Source of the DNA: Nitrosopumilus sp.
GTDB taxonomy: Archaea > Thermoproteota > Nitrososphaeria > Nitrososphaerales > Nitrosopumilaceae
Direction of reading: 5' to 3'
Assembly (NCBI GenBank): GCA_965205215.1
Contig: OZ242041.1
Location: 1,120,001 to 1,184,000 of the forward strand
DNA: 64,000 nucleotides
Shown: positions 1-8,887 of the stretch, piece after piece
Numbering within the stretch: position 1 is the stretch's first letter
How the letters are laid out: each line of letters begins with the position of its first letter
The notes under the pieces: model-generated
The model's database searches: none
What the model saw: only the letters and a program-made list of their open reading frames with translations
What the model was told of the DNA's origin: nothing
Translations under genes and position numbers: made by a program

Positions 1-3000
1 CGGGGCCCGACCAGGCGGCGGCCCCCGGCGGCACGGTCACGCTGGACGGCTCGGGCTCCACGGGCCTCGACATCACCTTTTCGTGGGAGCAGACGGGGGG
101 CGCCCCGGCAGTCCGCCTTGACATAGTCGACCCCCGGCCGGCGGGGCATCTCGCCGACACGGACTCCCTCCTGCTTGGCGGCGCCGAGAACGTCGCCACC
201 TTCGAGCACGGCGGTACAACGTACGCCGCGGTCGTCGCGCTGTACGACGACGGCGTCCAGCTGATCAATTTGTCCGACCCCTCAATCCCGCGTGCGGCGG
301 GCCAGCTTAGCGACACGGAATCCCTCGCGCTCGACGACCCGACTGACATAGCCGTCTTCGAGCACTCCGGGATACCGTACGCCGCGGTCACCTCGTTTGG
401 CGAGGACGGCGTCCAGATAGTCAACATGTCCGACCCCGACAACCCGCGGGCGGCGGGCCATCTTATGCACGGGTCCTCGACCTTGCTCGAGTCCCCCACG
501 TACATCGCCGCATTCGAGCGCAACGGCACCGCGTACGCGGTGGTCACCTCGTCATACGACGACGGCGTCCAGATAGTCAACATGTCCGACCCCGCAGACC
601 CGCGGGCGGCGGGCCGAATCGGGGACAACGGCACCCTCCTGCTCGGCGACGCGAGCGACATAGCCACCTTCGAGTCCGGCGGCGCCACGTACGCGGCAGT
701 CGCCTCGTTTGGCGAGCACGGCGTCCAGCTGATTGACGTGTCCGACCCCGCTGACCCGCGTGCGGCGGGCAGCATCGCCGACACCACCGGCACCCTGCTC
801 AACAATACGTCCGGCATCGCCGCCTTCGAGCACGGCGGCACCGCGTACGCGGCCGTCGCCTCGCAGGACGACGCCGGCGTCCAGATAATCAACATGTCAA
901 ACCCCGCAGACCCGCGGGCGGCGGGCCAGCTCGCCGGCACCGCCGGCACCCTGCTTGCCGAAGCCCAGAACATCGCCACCTTCGAGGCGGGCGGCCTTAC
1001 CTACGCCGCCGTCACCTCGCTTGAAGGCGGCGTCCAGATCATCGACCTCTCGAACCCCGAGAAGCCGCGGCCCGCCGGCCGGCTCGCCGCCACTGCCGCC
1101 GGCACCCTGCTCGCCGAAACCTACGGCATCGCCGTCTTCGAGGCGGGCGGCAGCACCTACGCCGCGGTCGGCTCTGTGCCCCAGTCACCCCGCGCCGTCC
1201 AAGGCGTCCAGATAATCGACCTCCTTGACCGCTCGGCCCCGACGTTCACCGCCCCGGCCGCCACCCCCGCGGCCCTCGAGTTCACCCTCACCGTCACGGA
1301 CGCGGGGAACCGGACCGCCGCAGATGCAGTCACGGTGACGGTCCGGGATGCGGCGTCCACTAACAGAGCGCCCGTCGCGGACGCCGGGGACGACCAGACT
1401 GTCAATGAGGGGGCCGCCGTGATCCTTGACGGCTCCGGCTCGTCGGACCTCGACGCGGGTGACACCATCGCGTACTCTTGGCGCCAGACTGCGGGCAGCC
1501 CTACGGTGTCGCTCTCAAACGCCACCGTGCAGCGCCCCGCGTTCACGGCCCCCGAGGTGTCGTCGGACACCGTCCTCGCATTCGAGCTTACCGTATCCGA
1601 CGGGTCCCTGTCGGACACCGATACCGTCAACGTCACCGTAAGGCACGTCAACCGCGCACCCGCCGCGGACGCCGGCGACGACCAGACGGTCACGCAGGGC
1701 GCCGCCGTGACCCTTGACGGCTCCGGCTCGTCGGACCCCGACGCGGGCGACACCATCGCGTACTCTTGGCGCCAGACGGCCGGAACGACGGTCACGCTCA
1801 CGGGCGCGGACACCGCAGCACCGTCGTTCACCGCCCCCGCGGGCCCCGCCACCCTCGTATTCAACCTTACAGTAACCGACTCGGCGTCCCTGGCCGCCCA
1901 CGACGCCGTTACGGTCGCCGTACCGGAGATGACGGTGGATGCCGGGCCCAACCAGTCGGCAACCGTAGGCGACGCGGTCACGCTCACGGGCACTGTGCAG
2001 AACGCGGGCAGCGGGGCCGCGTACCGGTGGACCCAGGACTCCCCGGCGGCCCCGGTCATACCCATAGCCAACAACGACACGCGCGTTGCCACCTTCACGG
2101 CCCCCGCCGTCACGGCGGACACCGCGTTCACGTTCCGGCTGTCTGTCACCGCCGGCACCGTCACCAAGAGCGACACCATTGCAGTCACCGTCCGGGACTC
2201 GACGCCCGCAAACAGCAAGCCCGCCGCGGACGCCGGAGCGGACCAGGCGGTCGACGAGAGGGGGGCCGTGACGCTTGACGGCTCCGGCTCGTCGGATCCC
2301 GACGGTGACCCCATAACGTACTCTTGGCGCCAGACGGCGGGAACTCAGGTCACGCTCTCGAACGCCACCATACAGCGCCCCGCGTTCACCGCCCCCGAGG
2401 TCACAACGGACGCCGTTCTCACCTTTGCGCTTGCGGTATCCGACGGCTCCCTGTCAGATACGGACGCCGTCAACGTCACCGTAAGGCACGTCAACCGCGC
2501 GCCCGTAGCCGACGCGGGGGACGACCGGACGGTAAGCGGGGGCGCCGTTGTGACGCTTGACGGCTCCGGCTCGTCTGACCCCGACGCGGGCGACACTATC
2601 GCGTACTCGTGGGCAAGCAATGAAACGACCCAGAGGACGCTGACCGGCCAAAACCCGGCGTTTACGGCGCCAAGCGTCACGTCCGCCACGGCCATCACGT
2701 TCACCCTCACGGTATCCGACGGCTCCCTGTCAGACACGGACACGGTCGTCATAACGGTGCAGGACGTTCCGCAGCCGCCGCCATCACCGCCGCCATCACC
2801 GCCGCCATCACCGCCGCCATCACCGCCGCCATCACCGCCGCCATCACCACCACCACCCGCGCCCGCAAACATGGCGCCCGACGCGGACGCCGGGGACGAC
2901 CGGACGGTGGACGAGGGCGCCCCCGTAACGCTCGACGGCTCGGGCTCGTCGGACCCCGACGGCGACCCCGTCACGTACTCGTGGCGCCAGACGGCGGGCA

Positions 3001-4850
3001 GCCTGGCGGTCACGCTGTCCGACACCACCGTACAGCGCCCGACGTTCACGGCCCCCGAGGTGTCGTCGGACACCGCCCTCACCTTTGCGCTCACCGTATC
3101 CGACGGGTCCCTGTCGGATACCGACACGGTCACGATAACGGTAAGGGACGCCACCTCCCCCGCGCCGCCGCCCGCAAACATGGCGCCCGACGCGGACGCC
3201 GGGGACGACCGGACGGTGGACGAGGGCGCCCCCGTAACGCTCGACGGCTCGGGCTCGTCGGACCCCGACGGCGACCCCGTCACGTACTCGTGGCGCCAGA
3301 CGGCGGGCAGCCTGGCGGTCACGCTGTCCGATGCCACCGTGCAGCGCCCGACGTTCACGGCCCCCGAGGTGTCGTCGGACACCGCCCTCACCTTTGCGCT
3401 CACCGTATCCGACGGGTCCCTGTCGGATACCGACACGGTCACGATAACGGTAAGGGACGCCACCTCCCCCGCGCCGCCGCCCGCAAACATGGCGCCCGAC
3501 GCGGACGCCGGGGACGACCGGACGGTGGACGAGGGCGCCCCCGTAACGCTCGACGGCTCGGGCTCGTCGGACCCCGACGGCGACCCCGTCACGTACTCGT
3601 GGCGCCAGACGGCGGGCAGCCTGGCGGTCACGCTGTCCGATGCCACCGTGCAGCGCCCGACGTTCACGGCCCCCGAGGTGTCGTCGGACACCGCCCTCAC
3701 CTTTGCGCTCACCGTATCCGACGGCTCCCTGTCCGACACGGCCACCGTTGTCATAACTGTCCGGGACGCGCCGCCGCCGCCCCCGGGCGCGGGACTGGGT
3801 CCGGAAAACGTCACCATAGTCACTTTATACAACGCCGCCATAACGGACGCGGCCGTGTCATCCGACGGCTCCGTCCTGATCGTGACCGCCACCACCCCCA
3901 ACGGCACCGGTACCATACTCTCGTACGACCTGCCCGTGCGCCACGACCCGGCGTCCGCAGTTCCGCGCAACGGCACGGTGGGGATCCCGGCAGAGTACGG
4001 GCAGCCCACCAGCGTTACCGTATCGCCGGACGGCACGAGGATGTTAGTTACCACGGAGGCGTCCGCTGGGGGCTCTTCCTCCCCCGCGTCCGCGCTGCCG
4101 CCGGCCCCGCCGGCCCCGGCCCTCCTCGGACGCGGCGGCCACGCGCCCGCGTTCCTGCCACTGTCGCCCTCCTCCCCGGCCGCCGGCATCGCGCCCCCGC
4201 ATACGGCGTCTTTCCACGACGGAGCCACCGCCACGTACATGCTCGGGTATTCGCTCTCCTCGCCCTTTGACATCTCGACTGCCGTCCTCTCAGATCCAGA
4301 CCTGCTCTCCCCCGGCCGGCTCTCCTCCCCCCCCGCCGGCGCGGCGTTCTCCGGCAACGGCACCATGATGTACGTCGCCGTCCCCTCGCCTGCAGGAGGC
4401 GGCTTCGTACGCTCGTACACCCTGGCGGCCCCGTTCGACCCGTCGTCCCGCGCCCCCGCGGCCGCCCTTCAGGTGCCGCCCTCGCGCGGCGCCATATCGG
4501 ACGTGGCCGTGTCCGCGGACGGTACGGTCATGCTCGTGACGGCCTCCGCCCCCGCCCCCGCCCCCGGCGGCGGCGCCATGCTCTCGTACGCCCTGCCCGC
4601 GCCCTTTGACCTCTCGACCGCGTCCCCGGCCCCGGCCGCGTCCGTGGACGTCCCGGCCGCGCGCGGCGCGCCCGTGGGTATAGCGTTCTTTGGCGACAAC
4701 GGCAGGGCCGCCCTGGTGGCGGCCGCTCTCGCCCCTTCCGGCGGCCAGCCCCCCTCGGCCGACGCCCCGCGCGCGGTGCCGCTGCCCGCCCATCCGGCGG
4801 CCGCGCCGCCCGCGATCCCGGATCTGCTCCCCCTGCTGGTCTGCAGGTGA
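1..4850 (+). CDS. Giant surface protein, 5' end outside the window: LVIVD-like beta-propeller repeats, multiple PKD/K319L-like Ig domains, Pro-rich linkers, C-terminal 'YxLxxPFDxSTA' propeller repeats
   Basis: Frame is open from position 3 (GPDQAAAPGGTVTLDGSGS...). Repeated 'GVQIINMSDPADPRAAG' units and 'NRAPVADAGDDQTV.EG..VTLDGSGSSDPDG..ITYSWRQTAG' units. 'YSLSSPFDISTA' repeats as in Cenarchaeum-type giant proteins. Confidence 0.9.
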   Translation, partial: GPDQAAAPGGTVTLDGSGSTGLDITFSWEQTGGAPAVRLDIVDPRPAGHLADTDSLLLGGAENVATFEHGGTTYAAVVALYDDGVQLINLSDPSIPRAAGQLSDTESLALDDPTDIAVFEHSGIPYAAVTSFGEDGVQIVNMSDPDNPRAAGHLMHGSSTLLESPTYIAAFERNGTAYAVVTSSYDDGVQIVNMSDPADPRAAGRIGDNGTLLLGDASDIATFESGGATYAAVASFGEHGVQLIDVSDPADPRAAGSIADTTGTLLNNTSGIAAFEHGGTAYAAVASQDDAGVQIINMSNPADPRAAGQLAGTAGTLLAEAQNIATFEAGGLTYAAVTSLEGGVQIIDLSNPEKPRPAGRLAATAAGTLLAETYGIAVFEAGGSTYAAVGSVPQSPRAVQGVQIIDLLDRSAPTFTAPAATPAALEFTLTVTDAGNRTAADAVTVTVRDAASTNRAPVADAGDDQTVNEGAAVILDGSGSSDLDAGDTIAYSWRQTAGSPTVSLSNATVQRPAFTAPEVSSDTVLAFELTVSDGSLSDTDTVNVTVRHVNRAPAADAGDDQTVTQGAAVTLDGSGSSDPDAGDTIAYSWRQTAGTTVTLTGADTAAPSFTAPAGPATLVFNLTVTDSASLAAHDAVTVAVPEMTVDAGPNQSATVGDAVTLTGTVQNAGSGAAYRWTQDSPAAPVIPIANNDTRVATFTAPAVTADTAFTFRLSVTAGTVTKSDTIAVTVRDSTPANSKPAADAGADQAVDERGAVTLDGSGSSDPDGDPITYSWRQTAGTQVTLSNATIQRPAFTAPEVTTDAVLTFALAVSDGSLSDTDAVNVTVRHVNRAPVADAGDDRTVSGGAVVTLDGSGSSDPDAGDTIAYSWASNETTQRTLTGQNPAFTAPSVTSATAITFTLTVSDGSLSDTDTVVITVQDVPQPPPSPPPSPPPSPPPSPPPSPPPSPPPPAPANMAPDADAGDDRTVDEGAPVTLDGSGSSDPDGDPVTYSWRQTAGSLAVTLSDTTVQRPTFTAPEVSSDTALTFALTVSDGSLSDTDTVTITVRDATSPAPPPANMAPDADAGDDRTVDEGAPVTLDGSGSSDPDGDPVTYSWRQTAGSLAVTLSDATVQRPTFTAPEVSSDTALTFALTVSDGSLSDTDTVTITVRDATSPAPPPANMAPDADAGDDRTVDEGAPVTLDGSGSSDPDGDPVTYSWRQTAGSLAVTLSDATVQRPTFTAPEVSSDTALTFALTVSDGSLSDTATVVITVRDAPPPPPGAGLGPENVTIVTLYNAAITDAAVSSDGSVLIVTATTPNGTGTILSYDLPVRHDPASAVPRNGTVGIPAEYGQPTSVTVSPDGTRMLVTTEASAGGSSSPASALPPAPPAPALLGRGGHAPAFLPLSPSSPAAGIAPPHTASFHDGATATYMLGYSLSSPFDISTAVLSDPDLLSPGRLSSPPAGAAFSGNGTMMYVAVPSPAGGGFVRSYTLAAPFDPSSRAPAAALQVPPSRGAISDVAVSADGTVMLVTASAPAPAPGGGAMLSYALPAPFDLSTASPAPAASVDVPAARGAPVGIAFFGDNGRAALVAAALAPSGGQPPSADAPRAVPLPAHPAAAPPAIPDLLPLLVCR
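2775..2852 (+). repeat. 12-bp tandem repeat (ccgccgccatca) encoding (PPPS)n linker
   Basis: About 6 consecutive copies read directly from the sequence. Confidence 0.95.
2860..3775 (+). repeat. Three near-identical 309-bp tandem copies, each encoding one PKD-like domain
   Basis: 'aacatggcgcccgacgcggac' ATGs at 2871, 3180 and 3489 (period 309). Confidence 0.95.
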
Positions 4851-5019
4851 TCCCTCCCGGCCGTACACAGCCGGCCAAATGGCCGCGCTTTTTACAAGTC
4901 GTCCAAAGGAGCCATCAGTCAAATGTGGGAGCTCGACGGTATGACGGAGACGTGTGTGGGGCCGCGGCGCCTGCCGCTTCTCCCGCCCACGCTCCCGGTG
5001 TTGTACCCTATGCCCCGTC

Positions 5020-5095
5020 CCCGTCCTAGTGCTGGTGCCCGTCCTAGTGCTGGTGCCCGTCCTAGTGCTGGTGCCCGTCCTAGTGCTGGTGCCCG
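5020..5095 (+). repeat. 18-bp tandem repeat (cccgtcctagtgctggtg) x4
   Basis: Read directly. Intergenic. Confidence 0.95.
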
Positions 5096-5653
5096 GCGTC
5101 TGTCAAAGTCTAAAGTCTACAAAGTCGAAGACATTGACGACACCCGTACCCGGATGCCCAGAGAGTCTACAAGACGCCTCATGTGGGAGCGCGGAGAAGG
5201 GGCACAAACGTGATGTGCTCTGGGCGCCAAGACATGTTGCGCGGTTGGTACGTGTGGCGGAGGCCGGCGGCGCGCCGCTGGCCGGACGTGCCTTTCGCGG
5301 GAAGCCGGGCCGCCAGGCCCGGCTGTAGTGGGAGGGGGCCGCCGCCAGGCGGCCCCCGGTTGTTTCGGGATCGTCGCGCGTGGGGAACGTTCGTTTTTCT
5401 ATATCTGTGGGTAAATGCGAGTCCTGGCGCCTGCCTGCCCGATGCGGCGTGCCGGGCCGGAGCGTTGCCCGGATGCATGTTCTGCACGTGTACGGTGCAT
5501 ATCATGCGTCTGGGATGTGCGGATTGTGCATGCCGGAAAGTCCCGGAAATGCAGATTGTGTACCGTACGCGTGCAGATTGTGCACGCGGGGGACGCCTTG
5601 CGGGCCGCGCTCGTGCACATTGGGCCTTTTATGCATACGGGAGCCTGCGGCGC

Positions 5654-5977
5654 GTGGAGCTTGAAGATGTCCAGAGAAAGGTCCAGTTCCGGCAGGGATC
5701 CTATGTCGTGACCATACCGCTCCGGATAGTACACGCGCTGGGAATCCGCAAGAGTCAGTACGTCAGGTTCGCCGTCTCAAAGAACAAGATCATCATAAAG
5801 CCCGTCGAGTCCAACATTACGAAAAAGGACGTGGCCGAGGCAGACCGGGACTCTGCCGCGCTCGACAGGTACGGGGAGCGGGAGGACGCCGGCTACATGG
5901 GGGACCTCGCCGAGGCCCTGGCGCGCAGGCCGGATGATGCGGGGTTCGGCCGAATCGAGAAGCTCAGGATGAAGTGA
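5654..5977 (+). CDS. AbrB/MazE/SpoVT-family DNA-binding protein (paralogue 1)
   Basis: 'RKVQFRQGSYVVTIPLRIVHALGIRKSQYVRFAVSKNKIIIKP' is a swapped-hairpin AbrB motif. GTG start ~25 bp after a TTTTATG TATA-like box. Confidence 0.85.
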   Translation: MELEDVQRKVQFRQGSYVVTIPLRIVHALGIRKSQYVRFAVSKNKIIIKPVESNITKKDVAEADRDSAALDRYGEREDAGYMGDLAEALARRPDDAGFGRIEKLRMK

Positions 5978-6894
5978 TAGCCGAAGGCCTCTTTTTCTGC
6001 CCCCTCGTCCGGCCGCCCCCCGATTCCTTGTCCGGGGGCTCTCGGCCCATACGTGACACTCTGCCAAGTCCTGCTTGGTGTACGCTTTATCATGCTGTAC
6101 GTGACGTGTTCCGGGCGGTTCCGAGTCCAGCTTGCGGGTTACATCGCGGCGCTTACCGAGACCTCCCGGGAAGTCACAGGCCGCCAAGTCGGCCCGGTCC
6201 CTGCCCTTTTAGATCCGCTGGGTGGCCGTGCCGCGAACAGCCCTTACCTGAGATGTGCCCGGACCGTCTTTGTCGCCGGACCTGCTGGTGCCCGTGCTGG
6301 TGCCTGCCTGCCTGCCTGCCAGAGTCGACAAAGTCGCGCCCGGAGCCTGTTGTTGGAGGGAACAGCTGGCTTCGCTGAGGCGGAATCGACAGGATGGGTG
6401 TAACACGCCGACACGGCGGGCAATCTAATGCCAGTGGCCCGGCCGCTTGATTCGTCCGCGTCCGATGAAAATGGGAGCGCAGGCGCGAAGAGCCCCCACG
6501 ATACGGCCCTCTCGTGCAGGATCGGCGACGGGCGTCCGACCATCCCGGGACGGGAAAGACCCTGAGACTAGAGTTGCTGGATGGCCTGACCCACATCGGG
6601 GACGGCCGTGACGGAACGCGCCCAGGAGCGTGACATCGTGGACGGGACAGCCGCGCCAGATCTTGGGCCGCGTGACGTCGCGCGCGATGTTCTGACCCTG
6701 CTGCCCTGAAGTTGCCCGGGGCGGACTCGCGCCTGCCCGGTGGACTCCCGGCCCTGCCGGAGGGGCGCCGGCTTGGCGGCGCCCCGTATGTGAAACGTGT
6801 CGGGGGATCTCCGGTTGTCGTCTGGGTGACGTGCCAGTATGCGAGTGGTGTGTTCGACTCGTGCCGTCAAATTATGAGCGCGCTCTGGGAGCTT

Positions 6895-7068
6895 TGCGCG
6901 CCCGCCAGAAGCGCCAAAAGCGCCATCTGCGCGCCCGCCAGAAGCGCCAAAAGCGCCATCTGCGCGCCCGCCAGAAGCGCCAAAAGCGCCATCTGCGCGC
7001 CCGCCAGAAGCGCCAAAAGCGCCATTCGCGCCCTTTGCGCGCCCGCCAGAAGCGCCCTTTGCGCGCCC
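6895..7068 (+). repeat. 33-bp tandem repeat (tgcgcgcccgccagaagcgccaaaagcgccatc) x4 plus partial copies
   Basis: Copies start at 6895, 6928, 6961 and 6994, with a partial copy at ~7036. The array ends just upstream of the TATA-like box of AbrB paralogue 2. Confidence 0.95.
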
Positions 7069-7103
7069 TTTTCTCCTTAAACGGATCTGGAATGTCACCG
7101 ACC

Positions 7104-7415
7104 ATGGATGGAGGGAAGACGCTGGAGCGGAGGATTCAGCTGAGGGGGCGCTCCTTTGTGCTGACGATCCCGCGGGACGTGATGGAAAAGATGAAGATCC
7201 GCAACGGGCAGAGCGTAAGATTCCTGGTTGGGGATGGGGAGGTCGTGCTCAGGCCCATGAGCGCGGGGGCGGGCGACAGTGCCGCGGACTCCGCCGAACC
7301 CGACAAGTACGCGAAGGCCATAGAGGAGATGATGGCCAAGAACGAATCCGAAAGGTCCGGCGGCCGGAGTGCGGCACCCCGGAGGAGCAAGCTGGAAAGG
7401 CTCCAGATCAAGTGA
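7104..7415 (+). CDS. AbrB/MazE/SpoVT-family DNA-binding protein (paralogue 2)
   Basis: 'RRIQLRGRSFVLTIPRDVMEKMKIRNGQSVRFLVGDGEVVLRP'. CTTAAA box at ~7076-7081. Alternative start at 7092. Confidence 0.85.
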   Translation: MDGGKTLERRIQLRGRSFVLTIPRDVMEKMKIRNGQSVRFLVGDGEVVLRPMSAGAGDSAADSAEPDKYAKAIEEMMAKNESERSGGRSAAPRRSKLERLQIK

Positions 7416-7620
7416 CCGTGCCCGTCCCCCGCGTTTGCCGAAAACAGCCGAACCTGTCGGATCCTTGGGCCCTGAAACCGCACGCGGCCCCGCCCGGCCC
7501 CGCCCATGTGCCGCCGGATCGTCCCGCCGCGCCCCTGTCGTCTCCCGTGACGCCGCTGTACAGGCTGCCCGGCGCGCAGGCGGCCGGCCCGGGGCCGGCG
7601 GCATCCTACGGCCGCTGCCC

Positions 7621-8385
7621 GGCGCCGCTTCTGCCCCCGTGCCGGCAGATGCCCGGACTGTGCGGAGGGAGGAGCTGGCTGTAGCGTGACGGCAGCGACA
7701 GATCGTGATAATGGCGGTGCGGAAGGCGGCATACGCCGGGAGGCGCCATGGACGGCGCAGTACCCAAAAAGAATCACAGAGCTCTATGATTCTTTCTGGG
7801 TATCTGCCGCGGCCCGTTCCTGCCCCCGTGCCGGCCAGATGCCCGGATTGTATGGTGGGGGGGGGGGCGGAGCCGGTTAGCGTGACGGCAGCGGCAGGGG
7901 CGGACCATAGCATGCGGTGCGGAAAGCGGCATACGCCGGGAGGCGGCCCAGACGACGCAGTTACCCGGTAACAATCACGGAGCTTGTTGATCGTTTCCGG
8001 GTAACCGCCGCGGCCCGTTCCTGCACCCATGCCGGCCAGATGCCTAGATTGTGCGGGGGGCGGAGCCCATCATAGCGTGACGGCAGCGGCAGATCATGAT
8101 AATGACGGTGCGGAAGGCGGCATACGCCGGGAGGCGGCCCAGACGACGCAGTTACCCGGTAACAATCATAGTGCTCTATGATTGTTACCGGGTAACCGCC
8201 GCGGCCCGTTCCTGCACCCATGCCGGCCAGATGCCTGGATTGTGCGGGGGGCGGAGCCCATCATAGCGTGACGGCAGCGGCAGATCATGATAATGACGGT
8301 GCGGAAGGCGGCATACGCCGGGAGGCGGCCCAGACGATGTAGTACGCGGTAACAATCATAGAGCTCTATGATTCTTTCCGCGTAC
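7621..8385. repeat. Non-coding array of four ~185-200-bp units, each ending in a 42-46-bp imperfect palindrome
   Basis: Units start at ~7621, 7806, 8007 and 8198. Palindromes at 7761-7802, 7960-8005, 8151-8196 and 8342-8385. The 191-bp period between units 3 and 4 is not a multiple of 3. Confidence 0.9.
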
Positions 8386-8529
8386 CCTCCTCCGCTCTTT
8401 TCCTCCACAGGCACTGCCACTCCGCAGGCCGGGCTGCACGCTCCACGCGTACGAGGTACCGGGGACATCAGCGGAAGAGTCCCCCGCCGGCGCCTCGTTG
8501 GAAAGTGGAATGCGCGTCCGCGCGCACGA

Positions 8530-8712
8530 TCAGGAACCGTTCTCCGTCCCGTCGCGCTCGTCTCCAAGGCCCAGGAGCGCCGCCCGCACGCGGGCCTGGT
8601 GGGCCCCCAGCGCCGCCCTGAGATCCGCAATCTGGACCCCCATGGACGCCATCTTGGATCTGATCAGCGCGATCTCGTCAGTGGAAATTGAGATTGAAAT
8701 CCTGTGCTTCAC
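8530..8712 (-). CDS. Small putative ribbon-helix-helix/coiled-coil protein
   Basis: 'KHRISISISTDEIALIRSKMASMGVQIADLRAAL' has an alternating beta-ribbon followed by two helices. GTG ~25 bp downstream of TTTAAA (8735-8740). Co-oriented with the integrase. Confidence 0.5.
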   Translation of the reverse strand: MKHRISISISTDEIALIRSKMASMGVQIADLRAALGAHQARVRAALLGLGDERDGTENGS

Positions 8713-8887
8713 TATGCGTAGGCGCGCCTTTGCTTTTAAACACGGCATGCTTGCTTTTGCTTATAGCATGAAAAAACACGGCCGGCGGGTGCGGCAGGCC
8801 CTGCGCCGGTTCTGTCATGTGGTACGCGCCCCGGTCTCGGGGCGTGCGGGCGCGGGACGGGAAAACCGCGCGGCGGCTCCGCGCGGC

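Noticed and set aside
1157-4420. Long antisense and alternate-frame ORFs (385, 691 and 429 aa), and similar shadows elsewhere such as 48093-49889 and 49974-51524
   Set aside because: Shadow ORFs of high-GC coding regions that overlap well-supported genes.
6510-6633. Walker A-like 'HPGTGKT' peptide
   Set aside because: Short frame, first Gly missing, no Walker B. At best an unrecognisable remnant.
6841-6870. GTTCGACTC T-loop-like sequence as a possible att site or tRNA fragment
   Set aside because: No T-stem pairing and no match to the tRNA-Leu 3' end.
7621-8385. CRISPR array
   Set aside because: Units are ~190 bp and homologous along their full length, with no unique spacers and no cas genes in the window.
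6568-8630. ORFs translated through the 33-bp and 190-bp repeats
   Set aside because: The peptides are low-complexity products of the DNA repeats. The 191-bp period breaks frame.
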